Below are positions 51,881 through 61,733 of a stretch of DNA of 64,000 nt, one piece after another. The notes under the pieces were generated by a model. The model ran no database searches. It worked only from the letters and a program-made list of their open reading frames with translations, and was not told the origin of the DNA. The position numbers and the translations under genes are program-made. This stretch comes from an uncultured Bacilli bacterium. GTDB lineage: Bacteria > Bacillota_I > Bacilli_A > RF39 > UBA660. The stretch spans positions 89,698 through 153,697 of the forward strand of contig CANQBL010000002.1 in the NCBI GenBank assembly GCA_947589105.1, written 5' to 3'. The stretch's first letter is position 1. Each line of letters begins with the position of its first letter.

Positions 51881-54037
51881 ATGTATCAAAAGGAAGAAGC
51901 TTATACGCTTGATGATCTATTATTAAAAGTAAGTAGTTATATAAAAAATGAAGAAGATATTAAACTTATTAAAAAAGCGTATAATTTTGCTAGTAAGGCT
52001 CATGCTGGCCAGCTTAGATTAACTGGCGATGATTATATGTTACATCCACTTAATGTAGCTTTTATATTAACTGAAGTATATGCGGATAGCCAAACACTTG
52101 CAACCGCACTTTTACATGATGTTATTAATTTTACGGATACTAAACTTGAAGATGTGGAAAAAGAATTTGGCTCTGAGATAAGTGAATTAGTAGATAGTAT
52201 ATCAAGAATTAATAAGTTATCATTATCTGCAGATAATGAAGCTTTAGTTTCTTATCATAAAAAAATTTTAGTAGGTTTATCTGGTGATGTACGTATAATA
52301 ATACTTAAAATAGCTGATAGATTACATAATATGAGAACATTATGGGCTTTACCTGAAGGAAAAAGAAAAGAAAAAGCAAAAGAAACTTTAGAAATATTAG
52401 CACCAATTGCCCATCGTTTAGGAATAAATCATATAAAAAGTGAGTTAGAAGATTTATCTTTAAAATATTATAAGCCAGACGTTTATAATGACATATTAGA
52501 AAAATTAAGTGAATCAAGGCAAGAACTTGATAAATCTGTTGATGTAATGATGCAAAGTGTTTCTAAGATTTTATCTGATAATAATATTCCTCATGAAATG
52601 AAGGGTAGAACAAAGAGTGTATATAGTATATATAATAAATTAAATAAGGGAAAATCTTTTAATGAAATATATGATATTTTAGCATTAAGATTCTTAGTTA
52701 ATACTGAAGCTGAGTGTTATTTATCTTTAGGACTTATTCATGCAAAATATAAACCAGTACCTAAAAGGTTTAAAGATTATATTGCAAGGCCAAAAACTAA
52801 TGGATATCAATCTCTTCATACTACTGTTTTTGGCGTTGATGGTAAGCTATTTGAAATTCAAATTAGAACTCATGAAATGGATAAAATTGCAGAGTATGGT
52901 TTTGCATCCCACTGGTCATATAAAGAAAATGGTGTTAATAAAGTTAATGAAATGGAGCAAAAACTAAAGTCTTTTAGGTCAATTATAGAGTTAAATGAAC
53001 AACAAGTTGAAGGAGAAGAATTTGTTAACACCGTTAAAAACGAGGTTTTTAATTCAAATAATATATATGTTTATACTCCAAAAGGTGATGTTTTTGAGCT
53101 TCCTTTTGGTTCTACTCCAATCGATTTTGCTTATCGGGTTCATACTTCAATAGGTCATCAAATGGTAGGAGCTTTAGTAAATGGTAATATTGCACCTTTA
53201 GATTATAAATTAAAAGATGGTGACATAATAAAAATAAACACAAATAAAAATAGTAAAGGGCCATCTAAAGAATGGTTAAACATTGCTTATACAACTGGTG
53301 CAAAAAGCAAAATAAAGGCATTTTTTAGTAAAATAGATAAAGATGAATTAATTTTAGAAGGTAAGGAACTTCTTCTTAAAACGATAAGAAGAAAAAAGCT
53401 TTCAATAAACGAAATTTTAGGACAAGATAATATTTCTTTAATATTAGACGAACTTGGGTTAAATTCTGAAAATGATTTATATTATGAAATAGGTATAGGA
53501 AAATATAATCCTACGCAAATTATCAAAATGATAATTGGTGATAAACAAGAAAAAAATATTATTGATAAGGTTCTTAAGTATTCCTCTAAACAAATGGAAG
53601 CAACTGGTGATATAATAATCGATGGAATGGATGATTTAAAAGTAAGTTTTGGAGGTTGTTGTAAGCCTATTAAAGGGGATCAAATAGTTGGATATATATC
53701 AAAGGGTAAAGGAATTACTATTCATCGTAGTAATTGTTATAATATTTGTGATGGCAACGAAAGAATAATAAATGTTAAGTGGAATTTTAATAGTTCTAAA
53801 AAATATGTTACTAATATTTTAATTTATGCAGAAAAAAAGGATAATTTACTTTTGGATATTATTTCTAAAACAACTTCATTAAACATTGGAATTAAAAGTG
53901 TAAATACCATAAGTAATGTGGATTATAATGTTTTTGATATTGATATTTTAATTGAAGATACTGAAAAATTAAGTAAATATATTACTGTTATAGAACAACT
54001 TCCTTATGTAACATCGGTAGAAAGAGGTAATAAATAA
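51881..54037 (+). CDS. relA: Bifunctional (p)ppGpp synthetase/hydrolase Rel (RelA/SpoT homologue)
   Basis: HD hydrolase (HPLNVAFIL, LLHD), synthetase domain (RFKDYIARPKTNGYQSLHTTV), TGS (VYTPKGDVFELP), Zn-finger CC...C, and ACT C-terminus. Confidence 0.95.
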   Translation: MYQKEEAYTLDDLLLKVSSYIKNEEDIKLIKKAYNFASKAHAGQLRLTGDDYMLHPLNVAFILTEVYADSQTLATALLHDVINFTDTKLEDVEKEFGSEISELVDSISRINKLSLSADNEALVSYHKKILVGLSGDVRIIILKIADRLHNMRTLWALPEGKRKEKAKETLEILAPIAHRLGINHIKSELEDLSLKYYKPDVYNDILEKLSESRQELDKSVDVMMQSVSKILSDNNIPHEMKGRTKSVYSIYNKLNKGKSFNEIYDILALRFLVNTEAECYLSLGLIHAKYKPVPKRFKDYIARPKTNGYQSLHTTVFGVDGKLFEIQIRTHEMDKIAEYGFASHWSYKENGVNKVNEMEQKLKSFRSIIELNEQQVEGEEFVNTVKNEVFNSNNIYVYTPKGDVFELPFGSTPIDFAYRVHTSIGHQMVGALVNGNIAPLDYKLKDGDIIKINTNKNSKGPSKEWLNIAYTTGAKSKIKAFFSKIDKDELILEGKELLLKTIRRKKLSINEILGQDNISLILDELGLNSENDLYYEIGIGKYNPTQIIKMIIGDKQEKNIIDKVLKYSSKQMEATGDIIIDGMDDLKVSFGGCCKPIKGDQIVGYISKGKGITIHRSNCYNICDGNERIINVKWNFNSSKKYVTNILIYAEKKDNLLLDIISKTTSLNIGIKSVNTISNVDYNVFDIDILIEDTEKLSKYITVIEQLPYVTSVERGNK

Positions 54038-54480
54038 TGCGAGTAGTTGTTCAAAGGTGTAAAAATGCAAATGTTTTAGTTGATAACAAGGTAATTGCAT
54101 CTATTAACAAGGGTTATTTACTTTTGGTTGGTTTAACAATTGATGATGATTATGAAGTAATCAAAAAAATGGCAAAAAAAATTATAAATTTAAGAATTTT
54201 TGAAGATGAAATGAAAAAAATGAATTTAGATATAAAAAGTGTTAACGGGGACATTTTATCAGTATCTCAATTTACACTTTATGCAAAACTAGATGGTAGA
54301 AGGCCATCATTTTCCAAGGCTATGGAATATGATAAAGCAAAAAAGTTATATGATGTTTTTAATAAAGAACTGGAAAACTATGGTATAAAAGTTAAAACTG
54401 GAAGATTTGGTTCTAATATGATGGTTAATTTAGTAAATGATGGTCCGGTTACTATAATTGTTGATAGTGAGGAATTATAA
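54037..54480 (+). CDS. dtd: D-aminoacyl-tRNA deacylase
   Basis: MRVVVQRC...SQFTLYA...GPVT. Confidence 0.9.
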   Translation: MRVVVQRCKNANVLVDNKVIASINKGYLLLVGLTIDDDYEVIKKMAKKIINLRIFEDEMKKMNLDIKSVNGDILSVSQFTLYAKLDGRRPSFSKAMEYDKAKKLYDVFNKELENYGIKVKTGRFGSNMMVNLVNDGPVTIIVDSEEL

Positions 54481-55538
54481 TGAAAAAAAATATTAATTAT
54501 AAAAGTTTAAATATTTTACTTATCTTAGGAATTATATATTTATTATTTTTAATGAGAAATTTATGGATTGGTGCAGTATCTAAAATAATCGATATTGTTT
54601 TACCTTTTATAATTGCTTTTGGAATATCATATGTTTTGTATCCGTTTTTAAAAGTTTTAACGAATAAGAAAATACCAAAAGTTATTGCCATATTTATAAT
54701 AGTAGTTTTTACATTATTAATAATTGGAATTACCACATATTATGTAGTGCCACTTTTCTTTAATCAGTTAATTAATTTATTATCAAACTTAGGAAAGGTT
54801 TCTTCTGATATTGCTTTTAAATATGGTATTGATACAAAGATATTAAATGATACTATAAATCTATATTCAAATAAGATTATAACCGGAATAGGAAAAGTTT
54901 TATCAAGTGGTTTATTTATTGGAATTTTAAGTAAATCAATTGATTATGTATCAAAAATAATAATAATATTTATTGTTTCAATTTATTTTTTAGCAGATAT
55001 GGAAAAAATAAGGTATAAACTAAAAAAATATTTTATTAAATCTAGTTCTAAAAAATATCATTTAATTTCAAACATAGATAAAGAAATTACATCTTATTTA
55101 AAAGGTCTTGGAATATTTATGGTTATTCAGTTTTTTGAATACACATTATTATTTCTTATAATAGGACATCCTAACTTTTTGTTATTAGGTGTTCTTGCGT
55201 GTATAACTACTGTTATACCTTATTTTGGAGGTATTATAACCAACGTAATAGCACTTTTAATAGCTTCTGTTGTTTCGACTAAATTATTTATTTTAACTCT
55301 TATTATAACAATAGTTTTTCCAAATATAGATGGTTATATAATATCTCCTAAAATATATGGTAAAACTAATCAGTTACCTACATTACTTACTATTTTTGTA
55401 GTTTTTGCAGGAGGTGCGTTGTTAGGCTTTGTTGGAATAGTAATCGCTGTTCCTTTAACCATAATAATAATGTCAATAATAAAATCTTATAAAAGTGAGA
55501 TTTCTGTTAAAATAAAAAAAGTTAAACAAAAAATGTAA
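54480..55538 (+). CDS. AI-2E family transporter (UPF0118/PerM-like permease)
   Basis: 8 TM. LPFIIAFGISYVLYPFLKVL and C-terminal GGALLGFVGIVIAVPL match AI-2E family signatures. Confidence 0.7.
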   Translation: MKKNINYKSLNILLILGIIYLLFLMRNLWIGAVSKIIDIVLPFIIAFGISYVLYPFLKVLTNKKIPKVIAIFIIVVFTLLIIGITTYYVVPLFFNQLINLLSNLGKVSSDIAFKYGIDTKILNDTINLYSNKIITGIGKVLSSGLFIGILSKSIDYVSKIIIIFIVSIYFLADMEKIRYKLKKYFIKSSSKKYHLISNIDKEITSYLKGLGIFMVIQFFEYTLLFLIIGHPNFLLLGVLACITTVIPYFGGIITNVIALLIASVVSTKLFILTLIITIVFPNIDGYIISPKIYGKTNQLPTLLTIFVVFAGGALLGFVGIVIAVPLTIIIMSIIKSYKSEISVKIKKVKQKM

Positions 55539-55603
55539 TTAAAAATTTTATTTTTTATTAAAATAATGTATAATATTAATATAAAGTAAATAAGGAGGTA
55601 TAT

Positions 55604-56155
55604 ATGTTAGGATTAATTATTGTAATATCAATTATAGTTTTATTATTACTTTATGTAGTAAAAACCTATAATACTTTGGTAAGTTTAAGAAATAAGGTCA
55701 ATGATCAGTGGTCTCAAGTTGATGTTGTTTTAAAAAATAGAAACGATTTGATTCCAAACGTAGTTGAAACGGTAAAAGGTTATGCAAAGCATGAAAAAGA
55801 AACTTTAAATGAGGTAATTGAAGCTAGAAATAAAGCTATTAATGCTACTAATAGTGTAGAAGAAATAAAAGCGGCAGGTGAGGTTTCACAAGCTCTTGGA
55901 AAATTATTTGCATTATCTGAAAGTTATCCTGATTTAAAAGCAAATCAAAATTTTATAAATTTGCAAGATAATCTAAAAGATATAGAAGAAAAGATTCGTT
56001 TTTCAAGGCAATTTTATAATGATACTGTTTTAACTTATAAAAATAAAATTGAAATGTTTCCATCAAATATAGTAGCTAACATATTTGGATTCAAACCAGC
56101 AGCTTTTTTTGAAGCGACTGATGAAGAAAGAAAAAACGTAGAAGTTAAATTTTAG
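55604..56155 (+). CDS. lemA: LemA family protein
   Basis: N-terminal TM then NKVNDQWSQVDVVLKNRNDLIPNVVETVKGYAKHEKETL...ESYPDLKANQNF (LemA signature). SD AAGGAGG. Confidence 0.9.
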   Translation: MLGLIIVISIIVLLLLYVVKTYNTLVSLRNKVNDQWSQVDVVLKNRNDLIPNVVETVKGYAKHEKETLNEVIEARNKAINATNSVEEIKAAGEVSQALGKLFALSESYPDLKANQNFINLQDNLKDIEEKIRFSRQFYNDTVLTYKNKIEMFPSNIVANIFGFKPAAFFEATDEERKNVEVKF

Positions 56156-56179
56156 TCTACTATCGTAGACTTTTTTTTA
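56154..56179 (+). terminator. Rho-independent terminator (AGTCTAC-tatc-GTAGACT + U8)
   Basis: Perfect 7-bp stem and T8 run. Confidence 0.8.
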
Positions 56180-56195
56180 AGGAGTATAATTTAAT

Positions 56196-57911
56196 ATGTT
56201 GAAAATAAAAAGAATTTTATTATTAATCATTATTATGTTTGTTTTTCCTACCATTGTTAAGGCAAACTCTATTTCTAAAATAGATATGGATATATACTTA
56301 GATAAAAGTGGAAACGCACATGTAACAGAAGTTTGGAGTGCAAATTTAAATAAAGGTACAGAAGGGTATAAACCATATTATAATTTAGGAAATGCTAAAA
56401 TAACGGATTTTAAAGTATCTGAGGATGGAAAAACTTATATGTATGATGATTACTGGAATGTAGATGCATCCTTTAGTGAAAAAGCTTATAAAAATGGTAT
56501 AAATTATGTTTCTAATGGAGTTGAATTATGTTGGGGTATTTCATCTTATGGTTATCATAATTATGTTTTGAATTATACGATAGAAGGTTTTGTTGCAACA
56601 AATGCTGATTCTGATATGATATATTGGACACTTATTCCGTATGAATTATCTTCTAAACCAAGTGATGTTCATATAAAAATACATGGTGATGATTATTTTA
56701 ATAGTAACACACCAGTATGGGGTTATGGAAATTATGGAGGTAGTGCTTACGTATATGATGGTTATATTGAAATGAATTCTGAGGGTACTTTAGAAAGTAA
56801 TGAATACATGACTTTATTAGTTAAGTTTGATAAAGGTATGTTTAATACTTCTAATGTTATAGAAAATAATTTTGAATATTATCATAATATGGCACAGGAA
56901 GGTGCAAAAAAGTATAAAGAAAATGAAAAAATTGATTCAATTTTAGCATTTATTTTTATGTTTTTCCAATTTGGATTTTGGGCATTAATGATACTTATTT
57001 TTTCTAGGAGTATAAAAAAAGCTAATAACACAATTGGAAGTAAAGTACTTGAATTTGGTTCTGATGGTAAAAAGTTACCAAAAGACATACCTAACGTACG
57101 TGAAATACCATTTAACAAAGATATTTTTAGAACATTTTGGATTGCACAAGCTTATAAATTAGGTAAGAAAAAAACAGACTTTTTTGGAGCTATACTACTT
57201 AAGTGGTTAAAAGATGATAAAATAATGGTTAAAAAAGTAACACATGGAAGTTCAAAAAATAAAGATGCATTAGCAATTGATTTAACTAAAGAAGTAACTT
57301 TTGATCAAGAAGTAGAGCAAGAACTTTTTATCATGATGAAAGAAGCAAGCAAAGATGGTATATTAGAATCTAAAGAATTTGAAAAATGGTGTAATAATAA
57401 TTATAACAAGATATTATCTTGGTTTGATAAAGTACTTGATGGTCAAACTCAAAAACTAATTGAAGAAGGTAAAATTACCATCACAGAAACTACTAATTTT
57501 AATATTTTTAAATCAAAAAAATACGTAGTTAATAAAAAAATGAAAGAAGATGCCATTAAATTAAAAGGACTAAAAAACTTTTTAGAAGAGTTTTCAAGAA
57601 TAGATGATAAAGAGGCAATTGAAGTTAATATGTGGGAGTATTATTTAATATATGCTCAAATACTTGGTATAGCAGATAAAGTAGCTAAACAGTTTAAAAA
57701 ATTATATCCTGAGTTATTAGAAAATAATAATTATGGTTATACGCTTAATGATATAATATTTATAAATATGCTAAGTTATAGTAGCATGAATACCGCAACA
57801 TCTTCAATGCAAAGAGCTAGAAACTATTCTTCTGGTGGAGGAGGATTTTCATCTGGCGGAGGTGGAGGCGGTTCCTTCGGTGGCGGAGGAGGCGGAGGCG
57901 GTTTCCGCTAA
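56196..57911 (+). CDS. DUF2207-family membrane protein with a C-terminal poly-Gly tail (partner of LemA)
   Basis: Signal peptide, extracytoplasmic domain, 2 TM, and cytoplasmic domain ending SGGGGFSSGGGGGGSFGGGGGGGGFR. The LemA-DUF2207 adjacency is a widely conserved pair. Confidence 0.7.
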   Translation: MLKIKRILLLIIIMFVFPTIVKANSISKIDMDIYLDKSGNAHVTEVWSANLNKGTEGYKPYYNLGNAKITDFKVSEDGKTYMYDDYWNVDASFSEKAYKNGINYVSNGVELCWGISSYGYHNYVLNYTIEGFVATNADSDMIYWTLIPYELSSKPSDVHIKIHGDDYFNSNTPVWGYGNYGGSAYVYDGYIEMNSEGTLESNEYMTLLVKFDKGMFNTSNVIENNFEYYHNMAQEGAKKYKENEKIDSILAFIFMFFQFGFWALMILIFSRSIKKANNTIGSKVLEFGSDGKKLPKDIPNVREIPFNKDIFRTFWIAQAYKLGKKKTDFFGAILLKWLKDDKIMVKKVTHGSSKNKDALAIDLTKEVTFDQEVEQELFIMMKEASKDGILESKEFEKWCNNNYNKILSWFDKVLDGQTQKLIEEGKITITETTNFNIFKSKKYVVNKKMKEDAIKLKGLKNFLEEFSRIDDKEAIEVNMWEYYLIYAQILGIADKVAKQFKKLYPELLENNNYGYTLNDIIFINMLSYSSMNTATSSMQRARNYSSGGGGFSSGGGGGGSFGGGGGGGGFR

Positions 57912-57953
57912 AGTATAGTTGACTAAAATTAAAAAATATAATAGAATATAATT

Positions 57954-58105
57954 ATGTTTTTAGTAAGAAGTGACAGCTTACAATAAAAATAAAAACAAGA
58001 CAATTTTATTATTTGAATAAAGAGCACTTATGTGAAGTAGGGTGGCACCGTGGACTTAATAGTTCATCCCTATAAATGTAAGGCTTTTTTTATTTAGAAA
58101 AATAC
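57954..58105 (+). ncRNA. Candidate T-box riboswitch leader of the hisS-aspS operon
   Basis: Conserved T-box sequence AGGGTGGCACCGTGG at 58039-58053 (consensus AGGGTGGNACCGCGG). A promoter TTGACT-17-TAGAAT lies at 57919-57947. A T-run is downstream. Stem I, the specifier and the terminator could not be resolved, and the leader (about 150 nt) is shorter than canonical ones. Confidence 0.45.
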
Positions 58106-58119
58106 ATATGGAGGATATT

Positions 58120-59439
58120 ATGATAACAAAACCAAAAGGAACAAAAGATATTTACGGAATTGAAGCTAAAAAATGGCAATATGTTTCTAAAGTAATTGAT
58201 GAGGTAATGGAAAAGTATAACTACGATTTTATACGTACACCTGTATTTGAATCTAGTGAATTATTTCATAGAGGTGTTGGACAAACAACTGATATAGTAA
58301 CTAAAGAAACGTATGATTTTACTGATCGTGGTGGAAGAAATATGACTCTAAGACCTGAGGGGACAGCAGGTGTTGTAAGAAGTTATATTGAAAATAAAAT
58401 GTATGGAAATGATAATAAACCAACGAAACTTTATTATAATATGCCAATGTATCGTTATGAAAGACCTCAAAAAGGAAGGTTAAGAGAACTTACTCAGTTT
58501 GGTATGGAAATACTTGGAACAGATGATCCAATGTCTGATGCTGAAATAATATCACTTGCAGTTAACATATATAAAATATTAGGATTAAAACAAATAAAGG
58601 TTAATATTAATTCTCTTGGGGATGAAATCTCAAGAAATAATTATAGAAATGCATTAATAAAATATTTTAGGCCACACATAAATGAATTATGTGAAGATTG
58701 TCATGAAAGATTAGAAAAAAATCCTCTTAGAATAATTGATTGTAAAGTAGATAAAGATAAAGAAGTAATGAAGATGGCTCCTAAAACAATTGATTATTTA
58801 AATGAAGAATCAAAACAAAGATTTGAAAAAGTAAAGGAATATTTAGAAGTTATGGGAATTGATTATGCAGTAGATCCTACGGTAGTAAGAGGTTTGGATT
58901 ACTATAATCATACCGTCTTTGAAATAGAAGCTAAAGTAGAAGGCTTTGGTGCTCAAAATGTTATTGGTGGCGGTGGTAGATATAATTACATGGTAGAGCA
59001 ATTAGAAGGACCAAAAACCGCTGCTATTGGATTTGCTTCAGGTTTTGATAGATTAATGCTTGCTTTAGAAAAAGAAAACATAGATATTTTGGTAAATAAT
59101 AGCGTTGATTTGTTTTTACTTTACGTAAGTGAGGATGAAAAAAAATATGCAGCATATTTATTAAATGATCTTAGAATGCATGGTTTTATTGTTGAAACTG
59201 ATTATTTAAATAGAAACTTAAAATCACAATTTAAGCAAGCAGATAGATTAAATAGTAAATTTACGATTGTTCTTAATGATAATGATTTAAAAAATAACGA
59301 GGTTAAAATAAAAAATAATGCTACTAAAGAAGTTGAAATGGTATCGTTAGATGCTTTAATATATTACTTAGATGAAAATTTAACAGAAGAGGTTTGTGAT
59401 TGTAATTTGCATGATCATGGATGTAACTGTGAAAAATAA
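58120..59439 (+). CDS. hisS: Histidine--tRNA ligase
   Basis: MITKPKGTKD start 4 nt after GGAGGA (the track ATG at 58108 has no SD), motif 2 RPEGTAGVVRSY, and GGGRYN. Confidence 0.9.
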   Translation: MITKPKGTKDIYGIEAKKWQYVSKVIDEVMEKYNYDFIRTPVFESSELFHRGVGQTTDIVTKETYDFTDRGGRNMTLRPEGTAGVVRSYIENKMYGNDNKPTKLYYNMPMYRYERPQKGRLRELTQFGMEILGTDDPMSDAEIISLAVNIYKILGLKQIKVNINSLGDEISRNNYRNALIKYFRPHINELCEDCHERLEKNPLRIIDCKVDKDKEVMKMAPKTIDYLNEESKQRFEKVKEYLEVMGIDYAVDPTVVRGLDYYNHTVFEIEAKVEGFGAQNVIGGGGRYNYMVEQLEGPKTAAIGFASGFDRLMLALEKENIDILVNNSVDLFLLYVSEDEKKYAAYLLNDLRMHGFIVETDYLNRNLKSQFKQADRLNSKFTIVLNDNDLKNNEVKIKNNATKEVEMVSLDALIYYLDENLTEEVCDCNLHDHGCNCEK

Positions 59440-59482
59440 AATGCTTTAATATATAATTAAATATTAGATAGGAGAAATTATT

Positions 59483-60784
59483 ATGACTGATTTTAAAGAT
59501 TGTATCAATAAAGAAATAACAATATCTGGATTTGCGGAAAAAATAAGAAATTTACAGTGGGTGCAATTTATAGTACTAAGAAACGAAGGAAAAAGAATCC
59601 AAGTAACAATAGAAAAGTCAGAAGAAAAAAATAAAGAAATGGTAGAAATAGTTGATAAATTAACTTGTGAATCAACCATTACGGTAACTGGTGTTATAAA
59701 GGAAAATGAAAAAGTTAAAATGGGTGGTATGGAGCTTATTCCAACATCTATTAAAGTAACAAGTTTATCTTCTTGTGAATTACCAATTAGTATTATTAAT
59801 AAGGATGCTGCGCAAATTGATACAAGAATGGATAATAGGTTTATTGATTTAAGAAACGATGTTAATTTTTATATTTTTAAAATACAAACTGAATTCATAA
59901 GAGCAATGAGACAGTTTTTATATGATAATGATTTTACAGAAATACATACACCAAAACTAATTGGAGCAGCATCAGAATCAGGTAGTGAAGTTTTTGAAGT
60001 TAATTATTTTGGTAATAAAGCATATTTAGCGCAATCTCCTCAATTTTATAAACAAATGGCGATAGCAGCAGGTTATGAAAAAGTATTTGAAGTTGCTCCA
60101 GCATTTAGAGCAGAAAACTCAAATACTAATAGACATGCTACTGAGTTTACTTCACTTGACATAGAGTTCTCAAACATTGATTCGTATGAAGATGTTATTA
60201 AAATGGAAGAAAATCTTTTGGTAGCGGGTCTTACTGCAGTAAAAGAAAAATATGGTAATTTAATTAAAGAAATTTATGGGGTAGATGTAGTGGTTCCTAA
60301 ACTTCCATTTCCAAGAATTAAATTACAAGATTTGTATAAAGAGTTAAATAAAAGATATGGTTATGAAATTCCTAGCCATGATATTGGTGATATGAATGCT
60401 GAAACAGAAAAACTAACTAGTCGTTATGCTATGGAAGAATACGGTCATGAATTTATTTTTGTAACTGATTTTAGTAAAACAAAAAGACCTTTTTATCACA
60501 TGAGAAAAGATGATATTCCTCAAGGTTATGATCTTATATGGAAAGGAGTGGAAATAACAACAGGAGCTCAAAGGGAGCATAGGTATGATGTATTAGAAGC
60601 TCAAGCAAAAGAAAAAGGTCTAGGAGATGATATAAAATTTTATAAAGATTTCTTTAAGTATGGTTGTCCTCCTCATGGTGGTTTTGGTCTTGGAATTGAT
60701 AGGCTTACTATGTTATTATTAAACTTACCTTCATTAAAAGAAACTATGTTCTTATTTAGAGGACCAAATAGAATAACTCCTTAA
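59483..60784 (+). CDS. aspS: Aspartate--tRNA ligase, archaeal/eukaryal type (AspS2; asparagine--tRNA ligase not excluded)
   Basis: 433 aa. Motif 2 FRAENSNTNRHATEFTSLDIEF, motif 3 GGFGLGIDRLTMLLL, and C-terminal FRGPNRITP (AspRS type-2-like PRD..RLTP ending). Sits downstream of hisS as in the classical hisS-aspS operon. Confidence 0.7.
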   Translation: MTDFKDCINKEITISGFAEKIRNLQWVQFIVLRNEGKRIQVTIEKSEEKNKEMVEIVDKLTCESTITVTGVIKENEKVKMGGMELIPTSIKVTSLSSCELPISIINKDAAQIDTRMDNRFIDLRNDVNFYIFKIQTEFIRAMRQFLYDNDFTEIHTPKLIGAASESGSEVFEVNYFGNKAYLAQSPQFYKQMAIAAGYEKVFEVAPAFRAENSNTNRHATEFTSLDIEFSNIDSYEDVIKMEENLLVAGLTAVKEKYGNLIKEIYGVDVVVPKLPFPRIKLQDLYKELNKRYGYEIPSHDIGDMNAETEKLTSRYAMEEYGHEFIFVTDFSKTKRPFYHMRKDDIPQGYDLIWKGVEITTGAQREHRYDVLEAQAKEKGLGDDIKFYKDFFKYGCPPHGGFGLGIDRLTMLLLNLPSLKETMFLFRGPNRITP

Positions 60785-60857
60785 AAATTTTTTGTAGTTA
60801 TTGTATTTTATGTTTAAATAATATATAATTATTCTAGATAAGAATAGGAGTGGTGGA

Positions 60858-61502
60858 ATGAAAGATGAGATACTTGATTTAGAAGCTGATTTTGCAAATA
60901 ATGAGTACTTTGGAACTAACGTATGGACTGAGGAAAAATATCGTGTTTTAAGTGGTAGTTTGCCTGTTCTTTTATCTGCACCACACGCAGTTAATCAAAT
61001 AAGAGGTGAAGATGTTAGAGAAGCCGAAAAATTTACAGGAGCTCTTACTAGATATTTAAGTAATGCTACTAGTTCTTACGCGATATTTCAACTTTTTACT
61101 CATTCTGATCCTAACGCTGATGAAGAACATAATTATAAAAACGGAATAATAAACTTAATTGAATCATATAAAATCCACTTGCTTATTGATATTCATTCGA
61201 GTTCTTTTACGGATGATACTGATCTTGATATTGTAACAAACCAAGGAATGACTTTGTGTGGTATGTCTAATTTACCTGAAAAAATTAAAATAATTGGTAG
61301 TAAATATGGTGTATCAGTTGATGAAAATAACGTACCAAATAAAAGCTCTGAAAATGAAATAATTGCTGTTTCTTCTTTAATTTGTGGAATTCCGTCAATA
61401 AGAATTGTTATTAATAATAAAAAATTAGATATTGTAAATAACGAGGAAAGTTTTAAAAATATTTGTGAAACAATTAAAGAGTTTATTTTGCTTTTTAAAT
61501 AG
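60858..61502 (+). CDS. Hypothetical protein, weakly N-formylglutamate-amidohydrolase-family-like
   Basis: LLSAPHAVNQIRGEDVRE resembles the xxPHsG start of PF05013. Otherwise unassigned. SD AGGAGTGG. Confidence 0.35.
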   Translation: MKDEILDLEADFANNEYFGTNVWTEEKYRVLSGSLPVLLSAPHAVNQIRGEDVREAEKFTGALTRYLSNATSSYAIFQLFTHSDPNADEEHNYKNGIINLIESYKIHLLIDIHSSSFTDDTDLDIVTNQGMTLCGMSNLPEKIKIIGSKYGVSVDENNVPNKSSENEIIAVSSLICGIPSIRIVINNKKLDIVNNEESFKNICETIKEFILLFK

Positions 61503-61523
61503 TGTAAAGGAATTTAATAAAAC

Positions 61524-61553
61524 TTGAATATAATATTTATTTAGTGTTATAAT
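61524..61553 (+). promoter_or_regulatory. Sigma-A promoter with extended -10 (TTGAAT - 18 - TGtTATAAT)
   Basis: Read directly from the sequence. The predicted TSS at about 61560 coincides with the start of the structured RNA. Confidence 0.5.
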
Positions 61554-61559
61554 ATAAGT

Positions 61560-61733
61560 GACCTAAAGATATCGTGAACTAGCACATTTAACCCGCTAAG
61601 AATATATAAGGGAATCAGAATCAATAGTGGTGTTCATGCTTAATTTACTTAAGAAGTCTAAAGCTATTGTGGGATGCCCACCTGCCAAGTGCAGGTTATA
61701 TTGCTAGGTAAACGACCCTTTGGGTCTTTTTTT
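61560..61733 (+). ncRNA. Candidate small structured RNA, possibly 6S RNA (ssrS); about 170 nt, promoter- and terminator-bounded
   Basis: GC-rich hairpins in AT-rich DNA (GTGGG-atg-CCCAC; CCTGC-caagt-GCAGG). The 5' end GACCUAAAG can pair with the 3' CUUUGGGUC to form a closing stem. An imperfect long helix forms from CGTGAACTAGCAC and GTGGTGTTCATG. An intrinsic terminator GACCC-ttt-GGGTC + U7 is at 61714-61733. No ORF. It lies in the aspS-yrvM(tcdA) interval where B. subtilis 6S-1 (bsrA) resides. Confidence 0.45.

Noticed and set aside
57835-57910. GC-rich patch as horizontally acquired DNA
   Set aside because: It is the Gly-codon run (GGN) encoding the poly-Gly tail of the DUF2207 protein.
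61560-61733. TPP riboswitch upstream of the ThiF-family gene
   Set aside because: The TPP aptamer signatures (CUGAGA; ACCUGAUCUGGAUAAUGCCAGCGUAGGGAA) are absent. The downstream gene is more likely tcdA than thiF, and synteny favours 6S RNA.
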